Assembly: GCA_902533795.1 (NCBI GenBank)
Contig: CACAND010000001.1
Span: forward strand, 238,844 to 302,843
DNA: 64,000 nt
Direction: 5' to 3'
Source of the DNA: an uncultured Candidatus Actinomarina sp.
Lineage (GTDB): Bacteria > Actinomycetota > Acidimicrobiia > Actinomarinales > Actinomarinaceae
Within the stretch, counting starts at the first letter, position 1; each line of letters opens with the position of its first letter. A program made the position numbers and the translations under genes. Shown piece after piece: positions 54,021-63,089 of this stretch. The notes beneath the pieces are model-generated. The model did no database searches and was not told the DNA's origin. It saw nothing but the letters and a program-made list of their open reading frames with translations.

Positions 54021-55262
54021 ATGAAAATTAAAACTACTGAGTTCATTAATCATGGAGTAGTAAATGTAGGAGATCTTCCTATACCATTTGATATGGTATT
54101 AAATGCTTCGGCTCTTGTTGTTGTAGTTACATTTGTTTATTTAAAAATTTCTTGGAAAGAGTCAATTGTTGTTCCATCGAAAGAAATTTTTGAAGAAAGG
54201 CCAAATATTGTTGGGAAAATATTTGGAGCCACAATTTTATTTTTTCTAATAGCTCCAGGCATCGTAGGAAATGAGTCGTCAAAAACCTCCGTTACTCCAC
54301 TAATTTTGTGGGTTTTTCTGTGGATAGGCATTCCCACTCTTGGACTATTGTTTGGTGATGTATACGCAAAATTCAATCCTCTAAATCTTATAAAAATTTC
54401 TTCAAATAAACCAAAGTCAGTTTATATTTCATGCTTTTTATTTCTTAGCCTTACATGGTTTGAGCTTGTTTGGAGAGATCCCGGGAATCCTTTGAATATT
54501 GCATCTGTTTTCATAATTCTTTTTATAAGCGTAAATTTAATTAGATACTTTTTTAAAAAATCAATTATTGAAGTGGATCCCTTGCTTGTTTTACATTATT
54601 TATACAGCAAACTTAGATTATTAAATTCCAAACCATATTTTCGTTCACTGATAAACAACATAGGAAATTTAGCAAAATTAAATGGAATTGAGTATTTCAT
54701 ACTGCTGATGATAGGAACGGTTACTTATGATGGTTTGAGAGAAACTACTTTTTGGTACAACCAATTTGGTGAACAAATAAACAATATGTGGTTTTCAACA
54801 ATAATGTTTCTTTCAATGAATTTAGGAACAATTATTTTTTATCGTTTTGCATGTTATTTTGCCATAAAAGTTGGAGGGTCGGAACTTAAGCTTAATGAAG
54901 TCTCAAAGCTTTTTGGACATACGATGCTTCCAATAGCCTTTGCATATCACATAACACATTATTTGACTCTCTTACTTTTTGAAACACAAACTTTTATTTA
55001 TAGGTTGAATGATCCAATAGGAACTGGATTAAATCTATTTAATGTACAGGAGCCAGAAATAAATTACTTCATAGAGCCAATAATTATTTGGGGTATACAA
55101 GTAGCCGTTACCTTACTGGGTCATATGTTAAGTGTTGTTTTGGCACACGACTTAGCTGTTAAGCTTTTTGGCCATCAACAAAGTGACAAAACTCAATATA
55201 TTTTTCTTTTTATAACTGTTGCTTTAACACTTCAGGCTTTGTTTGTGTTAAGTGTTGGCTAG
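54021..55262 (+). CDS. Hypothetical polytopic membrane protein
   Basis: 413 aa, about 10 TM. No family recognised. Confidence 0.4.
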   Translation: MKIKTTEFINHGVVNVGDLPIPFDMVLNASALVVVVTFVYLKISWKESIVVPSKEIFEERPNIVGKIFGATILFFLIAPGIVGNESSKTSVTPLILWVFLWIGIPTLGLLFGDVYAKFNPLNLIKISSNKPKSVYISCFLFLSLTWFELVWRDPGNPLNIASVFIILFISVNLIRYFFKKSIIEVDPLLVLHYLYSKLRLLNSKPYFRSLINNIGNLAKLNGIEYFILLMIGTVTYDGLRETTFWYNQFGEQINNMWFSTIMFLSMNLGTIIFYRFACYFAIKVGGSELKLNEVSKLFGHTMLPIAFAYHITHYLTLLLFETQTFIYRLNDPIGTGLNLFNVQEPEINYFIEPIIIWGIQVAVTLLGHMLSVVLAHDLAVKLFGHQQSDKTQYIFLFITVALTLQALFVLSVG

Positions 55263-56531
55263 CTTCTTCTCAATGCTTGCAATTCGTTCAGCAATGGGAG
55301 GATGGGAGTAATAATAAGAACTGTAAAGAGGGTCTGGAGTTAAATTGCTGGCATTATCTTTTGTAAGCTTTAAAAGTCCTGAAACCATATATTTTCCATC
55401 TGTAAATTTAAAAGAAAAATCATCAGCTGCAAATTCTCTTTGTCTTGATAAATAAGATGTTATTGGTCTCGTAAAAAAAGTATACGTCCCTGCGACAAGA
55501 TAGAACATTAAAAATTTTGAATATAACGTAATCTCATCCAGCCCATGCGAAGTAAAGAAATTTTCAGACTTTAAAACTTCACTCAAAATATAAAAACCTA
55601 TAAATCCAAAAATTAAAGAGCTTATAAGTGATTTTCTTATATGTCCAAGCTTATAATGACCTAGTTCATGTCCTAATATTGCTTCCATTTCATCAGGTGT
55701 AATTGTCTCAAGTAATGTATCGTAAAAAACGATCCTTTTATTTTTACCAAAACCAGTAAAAAATGCATTACCGTGCGAACTCCTTAGGCTTGCATTCATT
55801 ACAAAAAGACCTTTTGCTTTAAAATTAATTTTTTCAAGCAATTTCTCAACTGGCTTTTTATATTCCTCGTCGTCAAGTGGTTCGAATTTATTAAATAAAG
55901 GCATAATCAAAACGGGGTAAAGGAAGAAGATTATTAGCTGAATAAAGAAAACTGCACCAAAGGCAAAGACCCACCAATTGTTTCCTAAATTTTCAATTAT
56001 TCCAATTACAACTGCATAAATTAGACATGAAATCACAGAAGATATAAGTAGGTTTTTAACAATATCCATTACAAATGTTTTTTTAGTAGTTTTATTAAAT
56101 CCATACTTTTCTTCAATTACGAATGTTGAATATATTGCTAAAGGTATTTCAAGGATTTCTGAAATTAGAATAATTAAAAGACCTAAAAAAATAGCACCTA
56201 AAATGTTTGAAGACGTATAGCTTGAAACAATAAACGTAAGAGTATTTAGTAGCCCACCAATCGTAAGCAATAGAAGAATAAAAATACTTACAAAGGAAAC
56301 TATTATTTGAAACTTTAGACGATCAAGATTGTAATCTGTAGATTTGTTGTATTCTTCTGCTGTTACAAGATTTTCAAATCTTTCAGGAACCTTAGACGCA
56401 TTAACTCTTAAAGAATTAATATTTCGAACTTTTAGGTAAGTTTCTATTGTGAACTTTAACCCTATAAATATCAGAAATAGAAATGTAAAGTTAGTCGAGT
56501 TTAGAGTGTCTTGAATTTCCATATCAGTCAA
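55248..56531 (-). CDS. M48-family zinc metalloprotease (Ste24/HtpX-like)
   Basis: 427 aa with a multi-TM N-terminal half. Has an HExxH motif within ILGHELGHYKLGH and the downstream HPPIAERI. Confidence 0.82.
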   Translation of the reverse strand: MTDMEIQDTLNSTNFTFLFLIFIGLKFTIETYLKVRNINSLRVNASKVPERFENLVTAEEYNKSTDYNLDRLKFQIIVSFVSIFILLLLTIGGLLNTLTFIVSSYTSSNILGAIFLGLLIILISEILEIPLAIYSTFVIEEKYGFNKTTKKTFVMDIVKNLLISSVISCLIYAVVIGIIENLGNNWWVFAFGAVFFIQLIIFFLYPVLIMPLFNKFEPLDDEEYKKPVEKLLEKINFKAKGLFVMNASLRSSHGNAFFTGFGKNKRIVFYDTLLETITPDEMEAILGHELGHYKLGHIRKSLISSLIFGFIGFYILSEVLKSENFFTSHGLDEITLYSKFLMFYLVAGTYTFFTRPITSYLSRQREFAADDFSFKFTDGKYMVSGLLKLTKDNASNLTPDPLYSSYYYSHPPIAERIASIEKKLANT

Positions 56532-56602
56532 TATTAACGCTTTTCAAATACTCTAAAGAAAAAATAGGCCAACTTTAATCAAAGGGTCAAATTCATTTAT
56601 TT

Positions 56603-57367
56603 TCATTTACCAAATCTACGATCTCTTTGAACGTACTCCCTTAAGCATCTTAAAAAGTCAATCTTTCTGAACTCTGGCCAATAAACATCTTGAAAAACTA
56701 CTTCCGAATAAGCACTTTGCCACAATAAAAATCCTGAGAGTCTTGACTCACCACTTGTTCTAATAATTAGATCGATGTCAGGTGAATCTGGTGAATAAAG
56801 ATGGTCTCTAATTTGTTCGTCGTTAATGCTTTTTATTAAGTCTTGGATTTCTAATTCTTGATTTTCTTGTAGTAAGCTTTTCATTGCGTCAACAATTTCT
56901 TGCCTTCCTCCATAACCAAGCGCAACAGTTAATAGCTTTTCTCCACCACCCCTGACTTCCTTGAGTTTTTTAATTGAATTTTGCAAATAATCAGGAAGAA
57001 GATCTATGCTACCTACAAAATTAATTTTAAAATTATCAACAAGATCATCAATTAAAAGTTCTTCAAACAATTCATTTAGGACAAGGTAGTAAGAGTTCAA
57101 TTCTTCTTCAGGTCTAGATAAGTTCTCTTTAGATAAAAGCCAGCTTGTTATATTGTCAATGCCTAACTCGTCGCACCAAGCCAGACATTCTTTAAATCGG
57201 ACCATTCCAATTCTGTAAGAAACTTCGTAACTTAATAAATTTTCTCTTCTTGCATACCTTCTGTGTCCGTCATGGATGATCCCTATATGTTTTGGAAGAG
57301 TCTCGTTTTTTAAATTATTTTGAAGCCTTGTTTCATATAACGAATAAACAAACTTTGGTGTCACCAT
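56603..57367 (-). CDS. uppS: cis-Isoprenyl diphosphate synthase (undecaprenyl/Z-prenyl diphosphate synthase family)
   Basis: 254 aa. Has HIGIIHDGHRRYA (cf. DGNxRWA), IRTSGESRLSGFLLWQSAYSE, and C-terminal RDRRFG. Confidence 0.82.
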   Translation of the reverse strand: MVTPKFVYSLYETRLQNNLKNETLPKHIGIIHDGHRRYARRENLLSYEVSYRIGMVRFKECLAWCDELGIDNITSWLLSKENLSRPEEELNSYYLVLNELFEELLIDDLVDNFKINFVGSIDLLPDYLQNSIKKLKEVRGGGEKLLTVALGYGGRQEIVDAMKSLLQENQELEIQDLIKSINDEQIRDHLYSPDSPDIDLIIRTSGESRLSGFLLWQSAYSEVVFQDVYWPEFRKIDFLRCLREYVQRDRRFGK

Positions 57368-57369
57368 TA

Positions 57370-58794
57370 TTAACTACAAATTGCTTCAACATCGTCAATT
57401 GTTTTTGGTGCCCCTATGGTTAGATTTATTGGGTCATTTTCTGTACAAACAATATCATCTTCAATTCTTATTCCAATACCTAGAAGGTCTTTAGGTATCT
57501 TGTGCTTAATACTTTTAGCGTCTTTCATTTCTTCACTTTCAAGTTTTGTTGCTTTCTCCATCCCAAGTGATTTTCTTCTTTCTCTAATTTTTTTAGGATC
57601 TCTTTCAAGTAATTTAAACTCAATTTCAGGTTTGTTTGGGCGAATATAAATTCCTGGTTCAATAGTTGTAACCATTCCGGGCTTTAATTTTCTTGGTTTG
57701 TTTTTTTCTTCTGTGGTTCCTGCATCATGCACATCCAATCCAAGCCAATGACCTGTACCGTGCATAAAAAATTCGAAATAATGCATCATTGAAATTGTTT
57801 CTTCTGCTCCCATTGGTACTAAACCAAGGTCAACCAGTGATTGTGATATTGAAGCTACGGTTGAGGTATGAATGTCTGACATCGTTTTTTTAGTTGTAAC
57901 ATTCTTTATGCCGATTTCTTGAGCTTTTAAAACTTCTGTATAAACATCTTGTTGGACTTTCGTAAATTTTCCGTTTACAGGAAAAGTTCTTGTCACATCA
58001 GATGAATACATTTTAAACTCTGCTGCTGCATCTATTAATATAAGACCATTGTTGTCAACTTTTTCTCTATTGGTTGAGTAATGTAATATGCAAGCATTAT
58101 CTCCGGAGGCAACAATAGATGGGTATCCTAACCTTTCAGCTCCTAAATCGTAAAAAGTTTTTTCCATCTCAGCCTCTATTTGGTACTCATACATATCTTT
58201 CTTTGTAAACTCCATTGCAGATTTATGTCCTTCAACGGTAATATCGCAAGCTCTTTTAAGATTCTCGATTTCTTCGGAGCTTTTAATCAAACGGAGTTCA
58301 GAAAGTAAAGGTGAAAGAGAGTTTAGTGTAGCCTTGCTAAAGCTTGACCCTCTTTGATCGTATGGAATTGCTGTGTTGATTAGTTTCTTGTCATATTTTT
58401 CAAACGCAGCATTTGTATAATCACAATAAATATCTTCAATTCCAGATAATAATTTTGGCGCTAAGCTCTCATATTCTTCATATAGAAATGCTTCTTCTGC
58501 TCCAAACTGTTGTTTTGCTCCTTCTGGCCCAAGTCTTTTGCCCTCCCAGGTTTCCATTTCTTCATTTCTTCCTTGTACAAAAAGGTATAAAGCTGCTTTG
58601 TTGTCTTGCACGATGATAATTGCGTGAGCGCTAGGTTCTGGCCATTCGGTTAGATAATGAAAATTAGAATCCTGTCGAAAATCATAAGCAACATCATTAT
58701 TTCTGTAAACAGTATTGCCCCCATGAAGAAGAACTGCCCCGTGGCCAATTTTTTTCGCAATATTATCTCTATTTAATTTTGACAATTCCATCAT
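57370..58794 (-). CDS. pepP: Xaa-Pro aminopeptidase (M24B)
   Basis: 474 aa. Has FMHGTGHWLGLDVHD, TIEPGIY and GIRIEDD motifs, with a K/E-rich insertion between the last two. Confidence 0.85.
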   Translation of the reverse strand: MMELSKLNRDNIAKKIGHGAVLLHGGNTVYRNNDVAYDFRQDSNFHYLTEWPEPSAHAIIIVQDNKAALYLFVQGRNEEMETWEGKRLGPEGAKQQFGAEEAFLYEEYESLAPKLLSGIEDIYCDYTNAAFEKYDKKLINTAIPYDQRGSSFSKATLNSLSPLLSELRLIKSSEEIENLKRACDITVEGHKSAMEFTKKDMYEYQIEAEMEKTFYDLGAERLGYPSIVASGDNACILHYSTNREKVDNNGLILIDAAAEFKMYSSDVTRTFPVNGKFTKVQQDVYTEVLKAQEIGIKNVTTKKTMSDIHTSTVASISQSLVDLGLVPMGAEETISMMHYFEFFMHGTGHWLGLDVHDAGTTEEKNKPRKLKPGMVTTIEPGIYIRPNKPEIEFKLLERDPKKIRERRKSLGMEKATKLESEEMKDAKSIKHKIPKDLLGIGIRIEDDIVCTENDPINLTIGAPKTIDDVEAICS

Positions 58795-58839
58795 CCAAAT
58801 AAGAATAATCTAGGTTTATATAAAATAGCTAATTTATTT

Positions 58840-59301
58840 TTAGTTCAAATAAGAATCTATAAGTTTTGATATTCCTAAAGCTTCCTTGTTTCCGTAAGAA
58901 ATAATTAAAACAACGTTATCACCTGCAATTGATGCAGCAATTCCCTCAAAGAATAGATTATCTATTGATTCAGCAACTACTTGGGCAGCAGCTGTTGTAG
59001 TTTTTACAATTATTTGGTTAGAGACAACTTCTACACTTAACACAAAATCTTTTAACGCTTTTCTTGATATAGATTTTTGAGCATTATTAATATCATCTTT
59101 GGGCAATATATATTTAAGATCATTATTTGAATTTCTTTTTTTAGTTGCTCCAATTTCTGATAAATCTCTAGAGAGGGTGGCTTGTGTTATTGGAATTCCT
59201 TTTTTATTTAATATGCCTTTTAGTTGATTTTGAGAGGTTATTTTCCCTTCGTCTATTAAATCAGCAATGATTTTTTGTCTTTGAATTGTAGATTTTCCCA
59301 T
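58840..59301 (-). CDS. argR: Arginine repressor
   Basis: QRQKIIADLIDEGKITSQNQL...ITQATLSRDLSEIG winged-helix region, plus a C-terminal oligomerisation/Arg-binding domain (GIAASIAGDNVVLI). The ATG at 59301 (MGKST) is preferred over 59316 because palindromic ARG-box-like sites cover 59300..59337. Confidence 0.82.
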   Translation of the reverse strand: MGKSTIQRQKIIADLIDEGKITSQNQLKGILNKKGIPITQATLSRDLSEIGATKKRNSNNDLKYILPKDDINNAQKSISRKALKDFVLSVEVVSNQIIVKTTTAAAQVVAESIDNLFFEGIAASIAGDNVVLIISYGNKEALGISKLIDSYLN

Positions 59302-59337
59302 TGTATAAATATACATTAATTTGTATTTTTATACAAT
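59300..59337. promoter_or_regulatory. Two tandem 18-bp ARG-box-like palindromes
   Basis: ATTGTATAAATATACATT (59300-59317) and TTTGTATTTTTATACAAT (59320-59337) are separated by 2 bp. Cores are TGTATA-AA-TATACA and TTGTAT-TTTT-ATACAA. Confidence 0.55.
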
Positions 59338-60710
59338 TAGAGATCTTTGTAAACTTTCTTAGCTAGCTCTATAGCTTCCTCTTTAGAAACTTCCCCGTCA
59401 TTTATCCTTTGGTTGTATAGAGATTCCATAATTTTTCCTAATATTGGTCCGGGCTCAATATTTAGAATTTCCATAATTTCATTACCGTTTACTGGAGGCC
59501 TTAATTTATTTAGCTCTTCATTTGCTTTAACTTCTTCTATTCTTTTCTCTAGGTCGTCCAAGTATTCATATATTTTTTCTGCTTTTTCATTATTTTTTGT
59601 TGTAACATCAGCTCGAACAAGCTCATTTAGCTCATCAAGTGTGTTTCCTGCATCAATTATGTACCTTCTAACAGCAGAATCTGTCCATCCCATTTTGTAA
59701 GTATGTGGTCTTAAGTGGTTTTCAACCAGTAAAGCAACGTCAGCTATCACGTTCTTTGGATATTTTAATTGTGAAAGAATTTCTTTGGTCATTCTTGCAC
59801 CAACGACTTCGTGGTGCCTGAAATGAACTTTACCGTTGTCTATTCCTTTAGTTGCTGGTTTTCCAATATCATGAAGTATTGCTGCAAGACGCAATATAAG
59901 ATCTTGTGATACATTCGTTGTGACCTGTAATGTGTGTTCATAAACATCTTTATGGTGATGGTGTGGATCCACCTCCATTTTTAATTCTCTGATCTCTGGA
60001 ATAATAAAATCAATTAAATTACTTTCAACCAAAGATCTAATTCCCATTGAGACATTTTCGCCAACTACTAATTTTGAAAATTCGTCTCTTATTCTTTCTT
60101 TGCTAACAATTTCTACTCTATGTATATTTTCTTGAATTGATTTAAAAGTATCCTTGTCTGGTGCAAAACCATGAGAACTAATAAAGCGACATAACCTTAT
60201 CATTCTTAACGGATCTTCTGAAAATGATATGTTTGGGTCCGCCGGAGTTTTTAATAATCCATCTGATAGATCTTTTAGTCCATTACATGGATCTATAAGT
60301 TCTTTTTGTTTTATGTCAAAAGCTATGGAATTTAAGGTAAAATCTCTACGAATTAAATCTTGTTCTATGTCTTCAGTTTTATCAATATTTGGCTTTCTAG
60401 AGTCTTTGTCATATGTATCACTTCTAAACTGTGTTATGTGTGCTGTGTGTTTACCTATTAAAGCCTCAATTGTTCCATATTTTATTCCTATTTTTGTTGT
60501 CTTAAAACCATTTTCGTCAAGAAGCTTTAATGACTCTTCGGGAGATGCGTTAGTTGTAAAATCAAAATCTGTAGTATCGATATCTAAAATAAAATCTCTA
60601 ACAGCTCCTCCAACAAGAAAAAACTCAAAGTCTTTTTCTTCATAAATTGAAGACAGATGGTCCAAAAATGGATATTCATTTATACGGTTTAATAGTGTTG
60701 TTGGTACCAT
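59337..60710 (-). CDS. cca: CCA-adding tRNA nucleotidyltransferase / poly(A) polymerase family with HD domain
   Basis: 457 aa. Has FLVGGAVRDFILD, RRDFTLNS and the HD motif ILHDIGKP. Confidence 0.8.
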   Translation of the reverse strand: MVPTTLLNRINEYPFLDHLSSIYEEKDFEFFLVGGAVRDFILDIDTTDFDFTTNASPEESLKLLDENGFKTTKIGIKYGTIEALIGKHTAHITQFRSDTYDKDSRKPNIDKTEDIEQDLIRRDFTLNSIAFDIKQKELIDPCNGLKDLSDGLLKTPADPNISFSEDPLRMIRLCRFISSHGFAPDKDTFKSIQENIHRVEIVSKERIRDEFSKLVVGENVSMGIRSLVESNLIDFIIPEIRELKMEVDPHHHHKDVYEHTLQVTTNVSQDLILRLAAILHDIGKPATKGIDNGKVHFRHHEVVGARMTKEILSQLKYPKNVIADVALLVENHLRPHTYKMGWTDSAVRRYIIDAGNTLDELNELVRADVTTKNNEKAEKIYEYLDDLEKRIEEVKANEELNKLRPPVNGNEIMEILNIEPGPILGKIMESLYNQRINDGEVSKEEAIELAKKVYKDL

Positions 60711-60746
60711 ATTGTTAGCTTAGAATAACTAAAAAAACAATAAAGT

Positions 60747-61181
60747 ATGAATTCAGAAGTTGATTTTGCAGCAGGTGGGATTGTTTTAATAAACAACAAA
60801 ATTCTATTGGTAAAAAATAAATTAAGTGACGAATATAAAGACGATTACAGTTCAGGTTTTTGGGGGTATCCAAAGGGTCATCTAGATGAAAAAGAACCTC
60901 CAATCAAGGCAGCTGAAAGAGAGGTTTTTGAAGAAACAGGTTTTAAAGTTACATCAATTGGAGCAAAACCGATAGCAGAATCAAGATATGAAATAAAGAA
61001 AGATGGTAAAGCTATCCAAAAAACAGTTTGGTTCTATGAAATGAAGGTAGTTGAAAGTTATAACAAAGAGCCAGATCAAGAAATTGAAGAAATTGCAATA
61101 GTTCCCTATGAGGAAGCACTCAACCTTTTGACTTATGAGGAAGATAAAAAAGTTTTAAAATATGTATTCAACAGAACATAA
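60747..61181 (+). CDS. NUDIX hydrolase
   Basis: 144 aa. Nudix box GYPKGHLDEKEPPIKAAEREVFEETG. Divergent from cca, as in actinobacterial pcnA/mutT4. Confidence 0.82.
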   Translation: MNSEVDFAAGGIVLINNKILLVKNKLSDEYKDDYSSGFWGYPKGHLDEKEPPIKAAEREVFEETGFKVTSIGAKPIAESRYEIKKDGKAIQKTVWFYEMKVVESYNKEPDQEIEEIAIVPYEEALNLLTYEEDKKVLKYVFNRT

Positions 61182-61869
61182 AAAAGTTCATTATTTCTAT
61201 AACGGTGTTTTTTATACAAGGAAATTGAACGGCTTTGTTGATGATGTATTGTTTGAAAAAATTTACGGTGGAGCAGGCTTATTAAAGAAAATAAAAAAAA
61301 TAGCTAAAAATAAAAATATCAATTTTAGCTCTTCAATGATAAACGAAAACCTCTCAAGATCTTGGTTAAATTCTGGGTGGGAAAAAAATCATACGTTGAA
61401 CATTTGTGTTTTGAATTTAAAAAATCTAGCTGCAAAAACACAAGTGATTGAGAAAAGAGTAGAAATTAAAAAGTTTCACCATGACGATATAGAGAATTTA
61501 CTTAAGTTAGACCATAAGATATTTGACCCTTATTGGAGAAATTCTTTAAGTAGTTTTATAGAGACAATGAAAAGCTGTAATAATAACTATCTTTTTAAAA
61601 TAGGAGCGAATGAATCTCCAAGTGGTTATGCAATACTTGGTGAAACAAGAAAATTTACTTATCTTCAGCGTATAGGTGTGAAAAAAGACTTTCAGGGACT
61701 TGGTCTTGGGGACATGCTACTAAAAGCTGTTATAAACTTTTCAATAGATAAAAAATTTATAAATATAAAACTCAATACTCAAAAAGATAACAATGTAGCT
61801 TTGAGTCTTTATAAAAAAAATAATTTTGAGGTTTCTCCAAGGAAGCTTGTAATCATGAAAACTTCATGA
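61162..61869 (+). CDS. GNAT-family N-acetyltransferase
   Basis: 235 aa. The C-terminal half has the acetyl-CoA motif LQRIGVKKDFQGLGLGDMLL. Confidence 0.62.
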   Translation: MYSTEHKKVHYFYNGVFYTRKLNGFVDDVLFEKIYGGAGLLKKIKKIAKNKNINFSSSMINENLSRSWLNSGWEKNHTLNICVLNLKNLAAKTQVIEKRVEIKKFHHDDIENLLKLDHKIFDPYWRNSLSSFIETMKSCNNNYLFKIGANESPSGYAILGETRKFTYLQRIGVKKDFQGLGLGDMLLKAVINFSIDKKFINIKLNTQKDNNVALSLYKKNNFEVSPRKLVIMKTS

Positions 61870-61897
61870 ATAGATTTACATAGCTTATGATTAACTT

Positions 61898-62182
61898 ATG
61901 GAAGAAGACAGCTTTATAGAATCAGTTGAAAGCCTTATAAAAAGTGTTAAAGACTTGATTGTTCGTCCAGTAAAGAGGTTAACTGGTTTTGCTTCTTTGG
62001 GTTTACTTCTTGTTGTATTATTAATAACTGCAGTAATATTTTTATTTTCAGGAATATTAAAAATTATGCAAGGCCTTGGTCTTTTGTTAGGTGTTAACCC
62101 GACTGGGTTTGCAATGGGTGCATTAGGATTAGTATTTATAATATTGTCACTAAATAGTTACAGAAAGAAAAAGAATGGATGA
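61898..62182 (+). CDS. Small hypothetical membrane protein
   Basis: 94 aa with two hydrophobic helices. Its stop overlaps the trxB start. Confidence 0.35.
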   Translation: MEEDSFIESVESLIKSVKDLIVRPVKRLTGFASLGLLLVVLLITAVIFLFSGILKIMQGLGLLLGVNPTGFAMGALGLVFIILSLNSYRKKKNG

Positions 62183-63089
62183 TCTAGCAATAATTGGTTC
62201 GGGTCCTGCTGGTTATACGGCAGGAATTTACGCTGGGAGGGCCAACCTTAAACCAGTGCTTTTTGAAGGCTTAGAATCAGGTGGTCAATTGATGTTGACA
62301 ACTGATGTTGAGAACTATCCAGGTTTTGATGAAGGCATTATGGGTCCTGAAATGATGCAGGTTTTTAAAAAACAGGCCGAAAGGTTTGGAACAAAAATTT
62401 TAACTGAAACAGTCAATAAAATTGAAAAAATTGAAGAAGGTTTTAAATTAACAACATCAAAAGGTACCTATGAGTTTAAGTCAGTAATAATATCTTCAGG
62501 AGCTTCGGCAAATTGGCTCGGGGTTAAGGGTGAAAAAGAATTACAAGGTTATGGGGTTTCAGCTTGCGCAACTTGTGATGGTTTTTTCTTTAAAGATAAA
62601 AATGTAATTGTGGTTGGAGGGGGCGACTCTGCGATGGAAGAATCTCTATTTCTAACAAAATTTGCGAAAAAAGTTACAGTAGTTCACCGTAGAGATGAGT
62701 TTAGAGCAAGCAAAATAATGCAAGAAAGAGTTTTGAACCACGAACAAATTGAAGTTGCCTGGAATAAAGAAGTAATTGAAATTAAAGGTGATAAACAAGT
62801 ATCTTCAGTGATTCTAAAAGACAGTACCTCAAATGAGGAGGAAGAAAAAGAGATTGATGGTGTTTTCGTAGCTATAGGTCACACACCAAATGTTGAGTTT
62901 CTTAATGGTTTTGTTGAACTAGACGAAAAAGGATACATTAAGACTGGATTCACAAGCTCTACAAGTACAAGTATGTCTGGGGTGTTTGCTTCAGGTGATG
63001 TCGCTGATTCTATCTACAGGCAAGCAGTAACTGCAGCTGGCACTGGATGCCAAGCAGCAATTGATGCTGAGAGATGGCTTGAAAATTAA
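62175..63089 (+). CDS. trxB: Thioredoxin-disulfide reductase
   Basis: 304 aa. Has IIGSGPAGYTAGIYA, the redox motif CATCDG, GGGDSAMEE and GDVAD. Confidence 0.93.
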   Translation: MDDLAIIGSGPAGYTAGIYAGRANLKPVLFEGLESGGQLMLTTDVENYPGFDEGIMGPEMMQVFKKQAERFGTKILTETVNKIEKIEEGFKLTTSKGTYEFKSVIISSGASANWLGVKGEKELQGYGVSACATCDGFFFKDKNVIVVGGGDSAMEESLFLTKFAKKVTVVHRRDEFRASKIMQERVLNHEQIEVAWNKEVIEIKGDKQVSSVILKDSTSNEEEEKEIDGVFVAIGHTPNVEFLNGFVELDEKGYIKTGFTSSTSTSMSGVFASGDVADSIYRQAVTAAGTGCQAAIDAERWLEN

